NCBI GenBank assembly: GCA_963803145.1
Contig: CAWDLW010000020.1
Location: 32,001 to 96,000 of the forward strand
From: Methanotrichaceae archaeon
GTDB lineage: Archaea; Halobacteriota; Methanosarcinia; Methanotrichales; Methanotrichaceae
Direction of reading: 5' to 3'
DNA length: 64,000 nucleotides
Shown here in pieces: positions 1 to 9,247 of the stretch (position 1 is the first letter of the stretch; each line of letters begins with the position of its first letter). A program made the translations under genes and the position numbers. The notes under the pieces were generated by a model that saw nothing but the letters and a program-made list of their open reading frames with translations, searched no databases and had not been told where the DNA came from.

Positions 1-608
1 CAGTCTGCTCCGCCCTTGACCTCTGTCCTGACCGCCGTCTGGATCGCATCAGGTCCATCTGCAATTACGTAGGACTTCATGGCATTCCAGGCATCAGGGA
101 TGTATATGCCGGTAAAATCGCCGTGGCCACCTGTGCAAGATATTGCGTGTGGTGCGACTATCATCCTGGGACCTACGATCAGCCCTTTATTTATGGCGTT
201 CTTCATATCAATGGTCAAGAAGCCCCACTGGGGCGCAGTGGCTAAATCACACACCGTGGTAAATCCATTTAGAAGCACGAGCTTCGTATTCGCTAAGGAA
301 CGCACGAAAGCCTGAGATGCTGTTTGCGAGGCCATTTCCATAAAGTGTATTGGGTCGAATGTAGGATGCGCATGGCAATCGATGAACCCTGGAGTCACCA
401 TCCGATTTGGCAGAGGGATGATCTGGGCGCCCGCCGGCCTGCTTACCTTCTCGCCCATCTCAGCTATCTTTCCATCCTGAACCAGGATCTCCATGGGGCC
501 GAGGGGCGCTTCAGCCTGGCCGTCCCAAACGCTACCGCACTGGAGCACTATAGGCGCCTGAAGAGAATCCTGGATTGGTCCACTGGCTACGACTTGGATT
601 TGAGACAT
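1..608 (-). CDS. Metal-dependent amidohydrolase family protein (5' part; runs off window start)
   Basis: Manual translation from ATG at 608 after a GAGGTGA SD: MSQIQVVASG...GPMEILVQDGKIAEMG...VTPGFIDCHAHPT, the amidohydrolase PGxIDxHxH metal-binding motif. Absent from the ORF track because it is open at the window edge. Confidence 0.85.
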   Translation of the reverse strand, partial: MSQIQVVASGPIQDSLQAPIVLQCGSVWDGQAEAPLGPMEILVQDGKIAEMGEKVSRPAGAQIIPLPNRMVTPGFIDCHAHPTFDPIHFMEMASQTASQAFVRSLANTKLVLLNGFTTVCDLATAPQWGFLTIDMKNAINKGLIVGPRMIVAPHAISCTGGHGDFTGIYIPDAWNAMKSYVIADGPDAIQTAVRTEVKGGAD

Positions 609-883
609 GATTCACCTCATTTTTACGGTACTATATTTTACAATTTATTCAAAGATCTAGACTAATATCATTTTATATATTTTTATTCTGACCATTAAAC
701 GGCCTGTAAAGCGAAAATAGACTCCTATGTTATAAACTTTATTATGACGTTTTAGACCTCAAAAGTATTCGAATTTATAATAATATTGAATTTATATAGA
801 TATACAAGCCTAAACATTACCAGAAAAAAATGTTTGTCGATCACCGTTGTTTGTATATACATCGCTATTCTCCTTATCTCAGA

Positions 884-1531
884 TCAACCATGCGCGACAG
901 TCAGTGTACCCAAAACTGGGAATAGCGCTGTCAGCGCCGTAGCGGCACCGCCTATGGCTATGGCCAGGAGCAGGAGTCCGAAGATGCGGGTCAGGATGTT
1001 CATGCCGGTGATGCCGAGAAGCTTCTGTATCCGAGGAGAAGCAAGAAGCAATAGAGCTGTGGCGATTCCGACCAGAGATATGACAGCCGCCCCTTTGATG
1101 ATGTCTTCCGAGCTTGAGACCTGGGCTGCGTAGTTGATCACCAGGCTTATGGCACCTGCTCCGGCTAGTATGGGAAAGGCCAGGGGAACTATGGCCACGG
1201 AGTCCTTCTGCTCAGCCTCCTGATCCTCTGCTTTAGTGTGCTGTATCTGGCTCATCTTGGCATTCAGCATCGACCAGGCCATGGTGGCAATCACGATCAT
1301 GCCTGCCAGGCTGAAAGCGTGTATGTTGATCCCAAATAGTTTTAGGATATCATCTCCGACGAAGAGCGCCACCAGAAGGGTGACCACCATTGCAGCCGAG
1401 GCTACCAGGGCAGTTCGCTTCTGTTCATGAGGCGTCTGGCCGTGGGTTAAAGCCAGAAATAAGGGTACAGCACCTATGGGATCGATGATAGTAAACAGTC
1501 CAATGAACATTACGCTAAGGCTTAAGTCCAT
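884..1531 (-). CDS. marC: MarC family integral membrane protein
   Basis: Six hydrophobic segments; LFTIIDPIGAVPLF, AIVPLAFPILAGAGAI and ITGMNILTRIFGLLL motifs typical of MarC. Confidence 0.9.
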   Translation of the reverse strand: MDLSLSVMFIGLFTIIDPIGAVPLFLALTHGQTPHEQKRTALVASAAMVVTLLVALFVGDDILKLFGINIHAFSLAGMIVIATMAWSMLNAKMSQIQHTKAEDQEAEQKDSVAIVPLAFPILAGAGAISLVINYAAQVSSSEDIIKGAAVISLVGIATALLLLASPRIQKLLGITGMNILTRIFGLLLLAIAIGGAATALTALFPVLGTLTVAHG

Positions 1532-1702
1532 GATATTCCTCCTTCATCGGGAAGCATATTAACGTCATATCATATGAGCTCCGTGATTTAACCCGGTTTA
1601 GATCGAGGGGCATAACTTAAGAAGAGAGCTAAACACGTACACTTAAGGAAAATGCCATGAAGTTCGAATAAAGTATAATAGTACTAGCGATAACTCCGGT
1701 TT

Positions 1703-2332
1703 ATGCTGGAGATTATCATCAAACTGCTTCTTGCATTGGCCATTGGCAGCCTGATAGGAGCTGAAAGGGAGTTCCGTGAAAAATCTGCCGGCCTTAGAAC
1801 CATTACTTTGGTATGTCTGGGCTCTACCCTTTTCACCATTTTCTCCAGTATGTTCGATCCTGTCAGAGGAGATCCATCGAGAGTTGCTGCTTCAATTGTA
1901 ACAGGAATAGGATTCCTTGGAGCGGGCGTAATTTTACGCGAGAAGAAACATGTGTGGGGGCTGACTACGGCAGCCATCATATGGCTTGTGGCGGCCCTTG
2001 GAATGGGCATAGGCATAGGACAATACCTCACAGTCATTCTGGCTACTGCCACTACCCTGACAATCCTGTGGGGTTTTCCCAAGCTGGACTATTTGAGCAA
2101 GGCACGCGATACTTATACTTATGAAATAGTGGCACCCTCTGAGAAAGCCAAATTCGATATTCTGGTTGGCAAGTTCAAGGAAGTCGGCCTCAGAATTACC
2201 TCGCAGATCGTTGAGAGGAAAGGGAATAAGATAATCGTCACATGGCAGGCATATGGCAACCCGGAGAGCCATGCCAGATTGATGCAGGAATTCCTGGCTG
2301 ATACTGAGATAGATGAATTTAGAATTCTTTGA
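1703..2332 (+). CDS. MgtC/SapB family membrane protein
   Basis: IGAERE...AGLRT..LVCLGS, DPSRVAASIVTGIGFLGAG and GLTTAA..W motifs. The TGA stop overlaps the IS5 left end. Confidence 0.92.
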   Translation: MLEIIIKLLLALAIGSLIGAEREFREKSAGLRTITLVCLGSTLFTIFSSMFDPVRGDPSRVAASIVTGIGFLGAGVILREKKHVWGLTTAAIIWLVAALGMGIGIGQYLTVILATATTLTILWGFPKLDYLSKARDTYTYEIVAPSEKAKFDILVGKFKEVGLRITSQIVERKGNKIIVTWQAYGNPESHARLMQEFLADTEIDEFRIL

Positions 2333-3458
2333 GGATTCCTATTAACCTACCCAAGGCAACAATATGAGAAAGTTTATATACTAATAATACTATTCCATAT
2401 CATGGATTCTTTTACCACATGGATACTTAGAGGGCTTGGCACTAAACAAGGGAAGTCTCGACTTTCACAGATATCAGATTTAATAGACTGGGAACCAATT
2501 CGTCTCATTCTTGAAGAGATGTATGACAATAAGAGCGAAAGGGGCGGAAGGCCCAACTATGACGTTATTCTGATGTTCAAAATCCTAGTTCTTCAACAGT
2601 GGTATGGTTTGAGTGATCTGGAAGTTGAAAGACAAATGGCAGATCGCATCTCGTTTATGTCTTTTCTCGGCTTTCCTGATCCATTCCCCGATTCCAGGAC
2701 TATATGGCTTTTCAAAGAACGCATGGCTGAGACCGGGAAAAAAGAGATAGTCTGGGCAGAACTTCAAAGGCAGCTGGACAAAATGGGCTTACAAGTTAAA
2801 CGTGGAACGGTTCAAGATGCCACATTCATCGAAGCAGATCCAGGATCGTCTAAGAAACTGCGCGGCGAGAATGCTAAAACTCGCCGCAGCAGAGATGGTA
2901 CCTGGGCCAAAAAAGGAAAAGAATCCTATTTCGGCTATAAGTTGCACCAAAAAACCGATATCGATTACTGCCTTATACGTGAAATAGAGACAACTACGGC
3001 ATCAACGCACGATAGTCAGGTCGACCTATCTGAAGCGGGAGAGATTGTGCTTAGAGATAGAGGTTATTTCGGCGTGAAGGCAAAAGGTATTGATTTTACC
3101 ATGAAGCGCAGAACCACGGAATACCAACTTGGAGAACTCGATAAAGAACGAAATCGATTGATTAGCGTTTTAAGATCGCCTGGCGAAAGACCTCATGCGG
3201 TCATAAAAAGAGTCTTTGGAGCTGGGAGAGTGTTGGTTACAACTGTCAAAAGAGTTGGTGTTAAAATGATGGTTACAGCTTTTGCTTTTAACCTCTATCA
3301 GCTCTGCACTCTTAAAAACGCCAAAATTATTTAGACTAGCGGATGCTGTCGATGAATGATCGAATAAGTGGGTAATTCAAGGATATTGGAACCCTCAAGA
3401 CGAAACTTGGGTCAACTTCTAAGAACTGATTTTTAAACACAGGTAAATAGGAATCCTC
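2331..3458 (+). mobile_element. IS5-family insertion sequence (1128 bp)
   Basis: 18-bp TIRs GAGGATTCCTATTAACCT (2331-2348) and AGGTAAATAGGAATCCTC (3441-3458), 17/18 complementary; 4-bp target duplication CTTT at 2327-2330 and 3459-3462. Confidence 0.93.
2402..3334 (+). CDS. IS5-family DDE transposase
   Basis: GGRPNY...LQQWYGLSD N-terminal domain; VQDATFI, SYFGYKLH and LRDRGY motifs. Confidence 0.93.
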   Translation: MDSFTTWILRGLGTKQGKSRLSQISDLIDWEPIRLILEEMYDNKSERGGRPNYDVILMFKILVLQQWYGLSDLEVERQMADRISFMSFLGFPDPFPDSRTIWLFKERMAETGKKEIVWAELQRQLDKMGLQVKRGTVQDATFIEADPGSSKKLRGENAKTRRSRDGTWAKKGKESYFGYKLHQKTDIDYCLIREIETTTASTHDSQVDLSEAGEIVLRDRGYFGVKAKGIDFTMKRRTTEYQLGELDKERNRLISVLRSPGERPHAVIKRVFGAGRVLVTTVKRVGVKMMVTAFAFNLYQLCTLKNAKII

Positions 3459-3472
3459 CTTTAGTTGATGAT

Positions 3473-3514
3473 ATATAGATATCAATATTTGTTCCCAGAT
3501 ATCGATATCTATAT
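3473..3514. terminator. AT-rich inverted repeat between convergent genes (possible bidirectional terminator)
   Basis: ATATAGATATCAATAT (3473-3488) and ATATCGATATCTATAT (3499-3514) are 15/16 complementary. Confidence 0.4.
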
Positions 3515-3547
3515 CCGTCTCCCATGCCCAAAACTGGACGTTTTTTT

Positions 3548-5455
3548 TCAGAACCTTGATACGTAAGCCAGTCCAATAGCTACCAGGTAAGCCAGAGGAT
3601 ACAGCCAGATCGCGACTTTGTCCAGGCGTTCTGCCAGGGCAGTCTTGTCTTTAGACTGCAGCCATCTCAGGTATATATTGTAGGTGAAGAGCAGCGCTGT
3701 TATCGCAAAAGAGATGGTTATGACCATATCCATGAAGGTAAGATAGCCGAGTCTTGGCAAGTCGCCAGCTATTGTGAAGTTATATGCTATGAGCAGCAGT
3801 AGATTGGCAGCCGCCATATCTGAGCGTTTCCCGTAGTCTTTCAAGGAGAAGGTCAGCAAGGACAGGAATAGAATGATCAGGATTGGTAAGAAAATGCGCA
3901 GTAAGTAATAGTTGAGATGGCGGTGTGCCAGGAAATAGAATGAGATACGCGATGTATTATCCATTGTGCCTTGGCTTGTATTGCCAATCTCAGTCCCGAA
4001 GCTGGTGGGAGACCACTCCTCCTCGCCCAATTGAGGGCCGATGCCAGTCATCTCCGGCCAATCAACAAAGACATAGGAATCCTGAGGATATATGGAATCG
4101 ATTTTTACGTAGAACTTTTGCTGATCAAAAGGATACTTGTTGAAATCGAAGTCAGGTGCCTGAAGAGTGGCAGAGAATCGTTCGAAGTATAACGCTTCTC
4201 CATCAGGATATATGACTACCATCTGATTTTGAGAGAAGCGTTTCCCCTGCTGGTTGTAGATAGTGAACTCGGGCAATGGTTTCTTCTCTTTTTCAATGAA
4301 CTGGTCGATGCTATGGTAGACCTTGTAGCCACACTGGCAACTCTCTGGACTGAAAGCAAGATCTGGATCCTTCCAGCTCAGCCAGAGGCTCGCGACTATG
4401 GCGAAGTTCTCATTCTTCTGGTCTACTTCAGTGATCTGATCAAGCTTCATGCACGAACGAACCTTGATGGGTTCAAGAAGAACCTGTTCGCCCCTGCTCT
4501 TTGATGAGTTAATGAGTGCACCAGGGTCATTAAGGCCCACAAGCAGTCGGTAGCTGCCTGTGGTGAGGCCTCCATCTAACAGGTCACCGTAGATCATAAG
4601 GTGATTATTTTGGCTGTAATTCTGAAATGCGTATTGCATTATGGCGCTTCTGGCAGTGCCAGTCCAGTTGCTGATGCAAATGGATTTGTTACCATAATCT
4701 TTGAGAATAATGATCGGTGACAGGTTGCCGGATACAGCTTCGATGGATGCATAAAGCGTATCGTTGGGCCTCATCCTCCTCAGCCAGAAAGAATCCGAGG
4801 CATCCCTGGCGGTGATATTCCCCCTGAGCTCCTGAACTCCCATGCTATTCGAAGATTCGGAGGTGTTAAGCAAAGCCAAGATCTCCCCAGTCGGCTCGGC
4901 CCGGCCATTCAGAACCTGTGGGGCATCTATTCCCGGAACCAGCATGTAATCGCCGAAGGTCTCCTTTACAGGGCTGCTGGAGACTATAAGCTGGTAGCTA
5001 CCGCTGGATGGAATCCTGTACTTAAATGCAGATGAGTATCCCGTCCCTATGTCGTCATTCCATATTAAGAACAGACTGTTTGCGATATTCCGGACGGCTA
5101 CCAGCGGGTCCATTCCCTCAGCGATTTGCCGATTTAGTCTTTCCTGGAATTCGGCATTTAGGCCACGGGAATTAAGTTTAGCGTCTGCCAGTGCAGTAAA
5201 TGGATCTAGGTCACCTGAAGTTCCTGCGGCATATACATAGAGCGTTTGGCCCTGCATGATGCTCGGGAGCGTATAGACGGCAATCTCGCCGGGATCGAGA
5301 TGTCCTGTTAATACTTGAACAGCTCCTTCCGTCTGTGATGTTCCAGGAACAGTCGTCAAATTCAGTGAAACAAAAAGAGATAGGATCAATAATACGATAA
5401 TTTTGTCTTTGCGGCCTATACCTGTATCGATGGATCTGTTGAGCATTGAACCCAT
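3548..5455 (-). CDS. Multidomain pentameric ligand-gated ion channel (Pro-loop/pLGIC) with two extra N-terminal beta domains
   Basis: N-terminal hydrophobic signal; two homologous N-terminal repeats; LDQITEVDQKNENF..LWLSWKDP beta strands; Pro-loop FDFNKYPFDQQ; pre-M1 R-HLNYYLLRIFLP; four TM helices with LPRLGYLTFMD in the M2-M3 loop. Confidence 0.88.
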   Translation of the reverse strand: MGSMLNRSIDTGIGRKDKIIVLLILSLFVSLNLTTVPGTSQTEGAVQVLTGHLDPGEIAVYTLPSIMQGQTLYVYAAGTSGDLDPFTALADAKLNSRGLNAEFQERLNRQIAEGMDPLVAVRNIANSLFLIWNDDIGTGYSSAFKYRIPSSGSYQLIVSSSPVKETFGDYMLVPGIDAPQVLNGRAEPTGEILALLNTSESSNSMGVQELRGNITARDASDSFWLRRMRPNDTLYASIEAVSGNLSPIIILKDYGNKSICISNWTGTARSAIMQYAFQNYSQNNHLMIYGDLLDGGLTTGSYRLLVGLNDPGALINSSKSRGEQVLLEPIKVRSCMKLDQITEVDQKNENFAIVASLWLSWKDPDLAFSPESCQCGYKVYHSIDQFIEKEKKPLPEFTIYNQQGKRFSQNQMVVIYPDGEALYFERFSATLQAPDFDFNKYPFDQQKFYVKIDSIYPQDSYVFVDWPEMTGIGPQLGEEEWSPTSFGTEIGNTSQGTMDNTSRISFYFLAHRHLNYYLLRIFLPILIILFLSLLTFSLKDYGKRSDMAAANLLLLIAYNFTIAGDLPRLGYLTFMDMVITISFAITALLFTYNIYLRWLQSKDKTALAERLDKVAIWLYPLAYLVAIGLAYVSRF

Positions 5456-5836
5456 ATCGCTTCTCCTTTAAGGGCAATGCACCGGAAAAGCCTTTCTATC
5501 GAAGGATGCCTTTAGAAAACGAAAAGCCTTTTATGCTTATAGCAATCGATAAGGGGATGTCCCAAAAATTTTTAGAACCGGGAAGTAAATTATGAAAGCG
5601 CTATTCATCTATGTCTTGAGGGCTTTGTCCGTTACATCGCTTCGGCAAAGCATGAGAAGATCGGCAAGTTTGCATAACGTTTCTTTCGACCGGAACACTA
5701 CCAGGAATTATGGCCAACAACTACGATTTTCCATCCTTTAAGTTAGCCATTTCTGTATCGCTCTTCTATCTATAATCGGCATAGTTAAGGCATATAGTAT
5801 TTATATCTCTTTAATAATGTACATAGAGAGCAAAAT

Positions 5837-7831
5837 ATGAGAATGGACAGAGGAGTGGTGATTAAGGTTTTGAGAACCTTAGTCATTTGGGCTACTTCAG
5901 CCCTAGGCCTGCTGCTCATGGCAAGATTGATCCCAGGAGTTTATGTTCATGGCTGGGGAACTGCCATCGCTGCAGTTCTTGTTATTGGACTGCTGAATGC
6001 AGTGCTTTGGCCCATTCTCTCCCGTTTCACACTTCGATTTCTTGTGTTCACCTTCGGCATAGGAGCTTTGATACTGAACGGCCTGATAATATGGTTGGCT
6101 CAGTCTTTCGTTCCTGGATTTCATATTGAAGGCTGGAGGGCAATGATCCTGGCCCTAATAGGTGTGTCAGCTGTAAGCACGCTTGCATCTACCCTGATGA
6201 CTATAGATGATGATGCATCCTATTACCGTTCAGTTATAGGCAAAAGAGCTCGCCGTCGGAATATCCAAGGAACTCAGAGCGATAAGCCGGGCTTCATCCT
6301 CCTGGAAATAGACGGGCTGTCCGAGACTATCTTAAAGCATGCGATTCATAAGGGAAATATGCCTACTCTTGCCGGATGGCTAAAGGATGGTACACATAAG
6401 CTGAAAGTATGGGAGACTGATCTATCCTGCCAGACAGGCGCAAGCCAAGCGGGAATTCTCCACGGCAAGAATCAGGATATCCCTGCCTTCCGCTGGGTTG
6501 AGAAGGATAACGGCAACAGATTGATGGTCTCCACAGGGCCATTCGATGCGCCTGAGATAGAGAGCCGTATCTCCGACCACAAAGGCCTTCTGTATCAAAA
6601 CGGCGCCAGCCGCGCGAACCTGTTCTCCGGAGATGCGGAGGATGTGATATTTACTTACAGCCAGCTCACCAACATGTCCAGATTTTACAACTCTGCATGG
6701 TATTTCTTTTATTCGAGCCCCTATAATCTTCCACATACGATTGTGCTTACAGTCTGGGATATATTCCTGGAGATTTACGCTCACTGGAGGCAGTGGCGTC
6801 AGGATGTGCAGCCGCGCCTTAGCCATATCGGAACCTACCCAATATTGAGGGCCTTTACAAATGTATTCCTGAGAGAGATGACGACTTATACTTTGATCGG
6901 CGATATTTTTGAAGGAAAGCACGATGTTATCTATGCAACTTATGTCGGATATGATGAGATAGCACATCATTCCGGCGTCGAGGATGATGATGCTTTCTTC
7001 GCCTTAAGGAAGCTCGACCGGCATTTTGCATTCCTTTCGAAGGCTGCTGAGAACGCTCCGAGACCTTATCGCTTTATCATCCTTTCAGATCACGGCCAGA
7101 GCAAGGGTGCAACATTTAAACAGCGCTATGGACTGACATTTGAGGATCTTGTACGCAGTCTTATTCCAAGCAGGCTCAAGATTCACAGCGAACTTGACAC
7201 AAACCAGGACCATTTCGGCCTCGCTCTGACCTATCCGGTTGAAAAAGGGAAAGAGATGGCAAAAGATGGACTTCAACGTGTGCGAATAGGCGAAAGCCGG
7301 CACAAAGAGATAAAAAGCCCGACGGATGAAGCCCAGGTAGTAGTGCTCGCATCCGGTAATCTGGGCTTGATCTACTTCACAGATTGGGCTGATAATTTGA
7401 GCCTGGAGAAGATCGAAGATCTGTTTCCCGCCCTTATCCCCGGACTCACAGGGCATGAAGGCATAGGGTTCATAATGGCCAGATCTGAGGAGCATGGCCC
7501 GGTTGCAATTGGGGCAAAGGGAAGATATTACCTCGAAGATGATAGAATTGTTGGACAGAATCCGCTCGCAGATTTCGGACCCCGGATTGCAATGCATCTG
7601 CGGAGAACTGCTGGATTCAAGTATGTCCCTGATATACTTGTCAATAGCATTTACAGCGCCGTTAAGGATGAAGTTGCTGCCTTTGAGGAACTGATAGGCA
7701 GCCACGGCGGGGCTGGAGGGGGACAGTCATATCCTTTTTTGATATATCCTGCCGAATGGGATCTGGGAGATGATGAAATAGTGGGCGCAGAGGATATCCA
7801 TAGAATCCTGAAATCAAAGATGGCCGCATGA
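5837..7831 (+). CDS. 4-TM phage-holin-like domain fused to an alkaline phosphatase/phosphodiesterase-superfamily domain
   Basis: N-terminal GLLNAVLWP...TFGIGALILNG holin superfamily IV pattern; then LEIDGL, SCQTGASQ, YDEIAHH, LSDHGQ and GSHGG metal-binding motifs. Confidence 0.82.
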   Translation: MRMDRGVVIKVLRTLVIWATSALGLLLMARLIPGVYVHGWGTAIAAVLVIGLLNAVLWPILSRFTLRFLVFTFGIGALILNGLIIWLAQSFVPGFHIEGWRAMILALIGVSAVSTLASTLMTIDDDASYYRSVIGKRARRRNIQGTQSDKPGFILLEIDGLSETILKHAIHKGNMPTLAGWLKDGTHKLKVWETDLSCQTGASQAGILHGKNQDIPAFRWVEKDNGNRLMVSTGPFDAPEIESRISDHKGLLYQNGASRANLFSGDAEDVIFTYSQLTNMSRFYNSAWYFFYSSPYNLPHTIVLTVWDIFLEIYAHWRQWRQDVQPRLSHIGTYPILRAFTNVFLREMTTYTLIGDIFEGKHDVIYATYVGYDEIAHHSGVEDDDAFFALRKLDRHFAFLSKAAENAPRPYRFIILSDHGQSKGATFKQRYGLTFEDLVRSLIPSRLKIHSELDTNQDHFGLALTYPVEKGKEMAKDGLQRVRIGESRHKEIKSPTDEAQVVVLASGNLGLIYFTDWADNLSLEKIEDLFPALIPGLTGHEGIGFIMARSEEHGPVAIGAKGRYYLEDDRIVGQNPLADFGPRIAMHLRRTAGFKYVPDILVNSIYSAVKDEVAAFEELIGSHGGAGGGQSYPFLIYPAEWDLGDDEIVGAEDIHRILKSKMAA

Positions 7832-7908
7832 CCACTATATTTAAATATTCAACAAGAAGATAACCGATCTCAATTCAATCCAAATTTCAGGACTTGAGAA
7901 GTGATCAG

Positions 7909-8943
7909 ATGGATGACTTACTAGAGATCGAAAAGAAGCCAGATATATGGGTGGGCAATGAATGGGGAGAACTAAGGGAGGTTGTCATTGGCAGGCCTGA
8001 TCAGCATAAGTTCCCGCAAATCAACGATATGGCATTGAACCATTTCATGAAGGTCATGCCCGCCTCTGATAAAGAATCTGAAAAGGAGAATTTCTTAAAT
8101 CTCGAAGGAAAGCTATTCAAGAATGCCATTCCCGACAGGTTCAAAACTATGGTTGATGAGGTTGAAGCCTTCGTCAAGCTTCTGGAAGGGCGAGGCATAA
8201 AAGTTCACAGGTCAAGATTGCTCAACGCCGATGAGCTCAAGTACAACGCCTTCTGGTGGGATGGCTGTTTTAGCCTCTTCCTTAAAGACCCCATTATCGT
8301 TGTGGGCAACCTGGTTATAGAGGGAGGAAACCGCAGTGCAATACGGCACAAGGATATGTACTCCTATAGAGAGCTATTCTTCGAGCGCGTCCTCGGGAGC
8401 AATGCCAAGTGGATCTGTATGCCAAGGCCCGCTCCCAACACCACAGATCCCACAGGCGGATATGGACCATATCTCACAGGAGGGGATGTCTTCCCCATGG
8501 GCAAAAGGAACGTGCTCCTGGGGTTCAACGATTCTGATTCCAATATATGGGGTCTGAGGTGGATTGCAGATCTTCTGAGAAAGGAGGGCTGGAAGGTCCA
8601 TTCAGTCAGGTACAGGGATGACTGCATGCACCTGGATACAGCCATGTCATGCCCTCTAGAAGGCATTGCGTTGGCCTGCAAGGAGTTCTTCTTCGATGGC
8701 TTGCCAGATCTTTTGAAAGGTTGGGAGATCGTGGACGTGGCTCCTGAAGATGCCAGGGCTGATGCCTGCAATGGCCTTCCGCTCGGACGTGGGTTTTATG
8801 TGATGTCCACCGAGTGGAAGAAGTACGGAGAGAAGCTCATGGATCACGGCGTAAAGCCTCTTTATACGCCCTTTGAGGAGAACAATCACGTTACAGGCGG
8901 AGGCCCACGCTGCTCTCATGGCCCTCTAGTTAGGATGGATTAG
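7909..8943 (+). CDS. Amidinotransferase/pentein-fold enzyme, copy 1
   Basis: NEWGELREVVIG start; GGD, MHLD and C-terminal GGGPRCSH catalytic Cys motifs. ATG 7909 preferred over TTG 7894. Confidence 0.85.
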   Translation: MDDLLEIEKKPDIWVGNEWGELREVVIGRPDQHKFPQINDMALNHFMKVMPASDKESEKENFLNLEGKLFKNAIPDRFKTMVDEVEAFVKLLEGRGIKVHRSRLLNADELKYNAFWWDGCFSLFLKDPIIVVGNLVIEGGNRSAIRHKDMYSYRELFFERVLGSNAKWICMPRPAPNTTDPTGGYGPYLTGGDVFPMGKRNVLLGFNDSDSNIWGLRWIADLLRKEGWKVHSVRYRDDCMHLDTAMSCPLEGIALACKEFFFDGLPDLLKGWEIVDVAPEDARADACNGLPLGRGFYVMSTEWKKYGEKLMDHGVKPLYTPFEENNHVTGGGPRCSHGPLVRMD

Positions 8944-9247
8944 CGTAAGCAGAAGGCAATACTAACCTGACGAACCTCGGCTCGGCTGGGACGGCGAGAT
9001 GAAGTGCTGTAATTGAAGTTCTATTTCCAAGCCCGAGTAGTATTGCTTTTATCTATTCCTCATATATTTTTGACTACATATAGAGACATATATGAATATC
9101 GTGAGACAAATTCTAGTGGCGGCAGATCTATAATTCATCATAAGATTTTTTGCCATTAATGTTGAATTTTGAAACAAAATTCAAAAGATATTTATGCGAG
9201 AACGAAAAATCCTCGAATAACGTGAAACATTTAGGGAGGGAGATTCA

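Noticed and set aside
79-1430. Plus-strand ORFs 79-315, 324-665, 786-1133 and 1236-1430
   Set aside because: Antisense shadows of the amidohydrolase and marC; the same applies to most short ORFs nested opposite long genes elsewhere in the window.
5837-6210. Prophage lysis gene, from the holin-like domain
   Set aside because: The domain is fused to a phosphodiesterase-type domain and no phage structural or lysis genes are nearby.
8953-9049. Guanidine riboswitch upstream of amidinotransferase copy 2
   Set aside because: ACGGCGAGAT and AAGCCCGAG loosely recall ykkC-type 3' motifs, but the spacing is wrong and the 5' conserved core is not visible; would need an Infernal hit.
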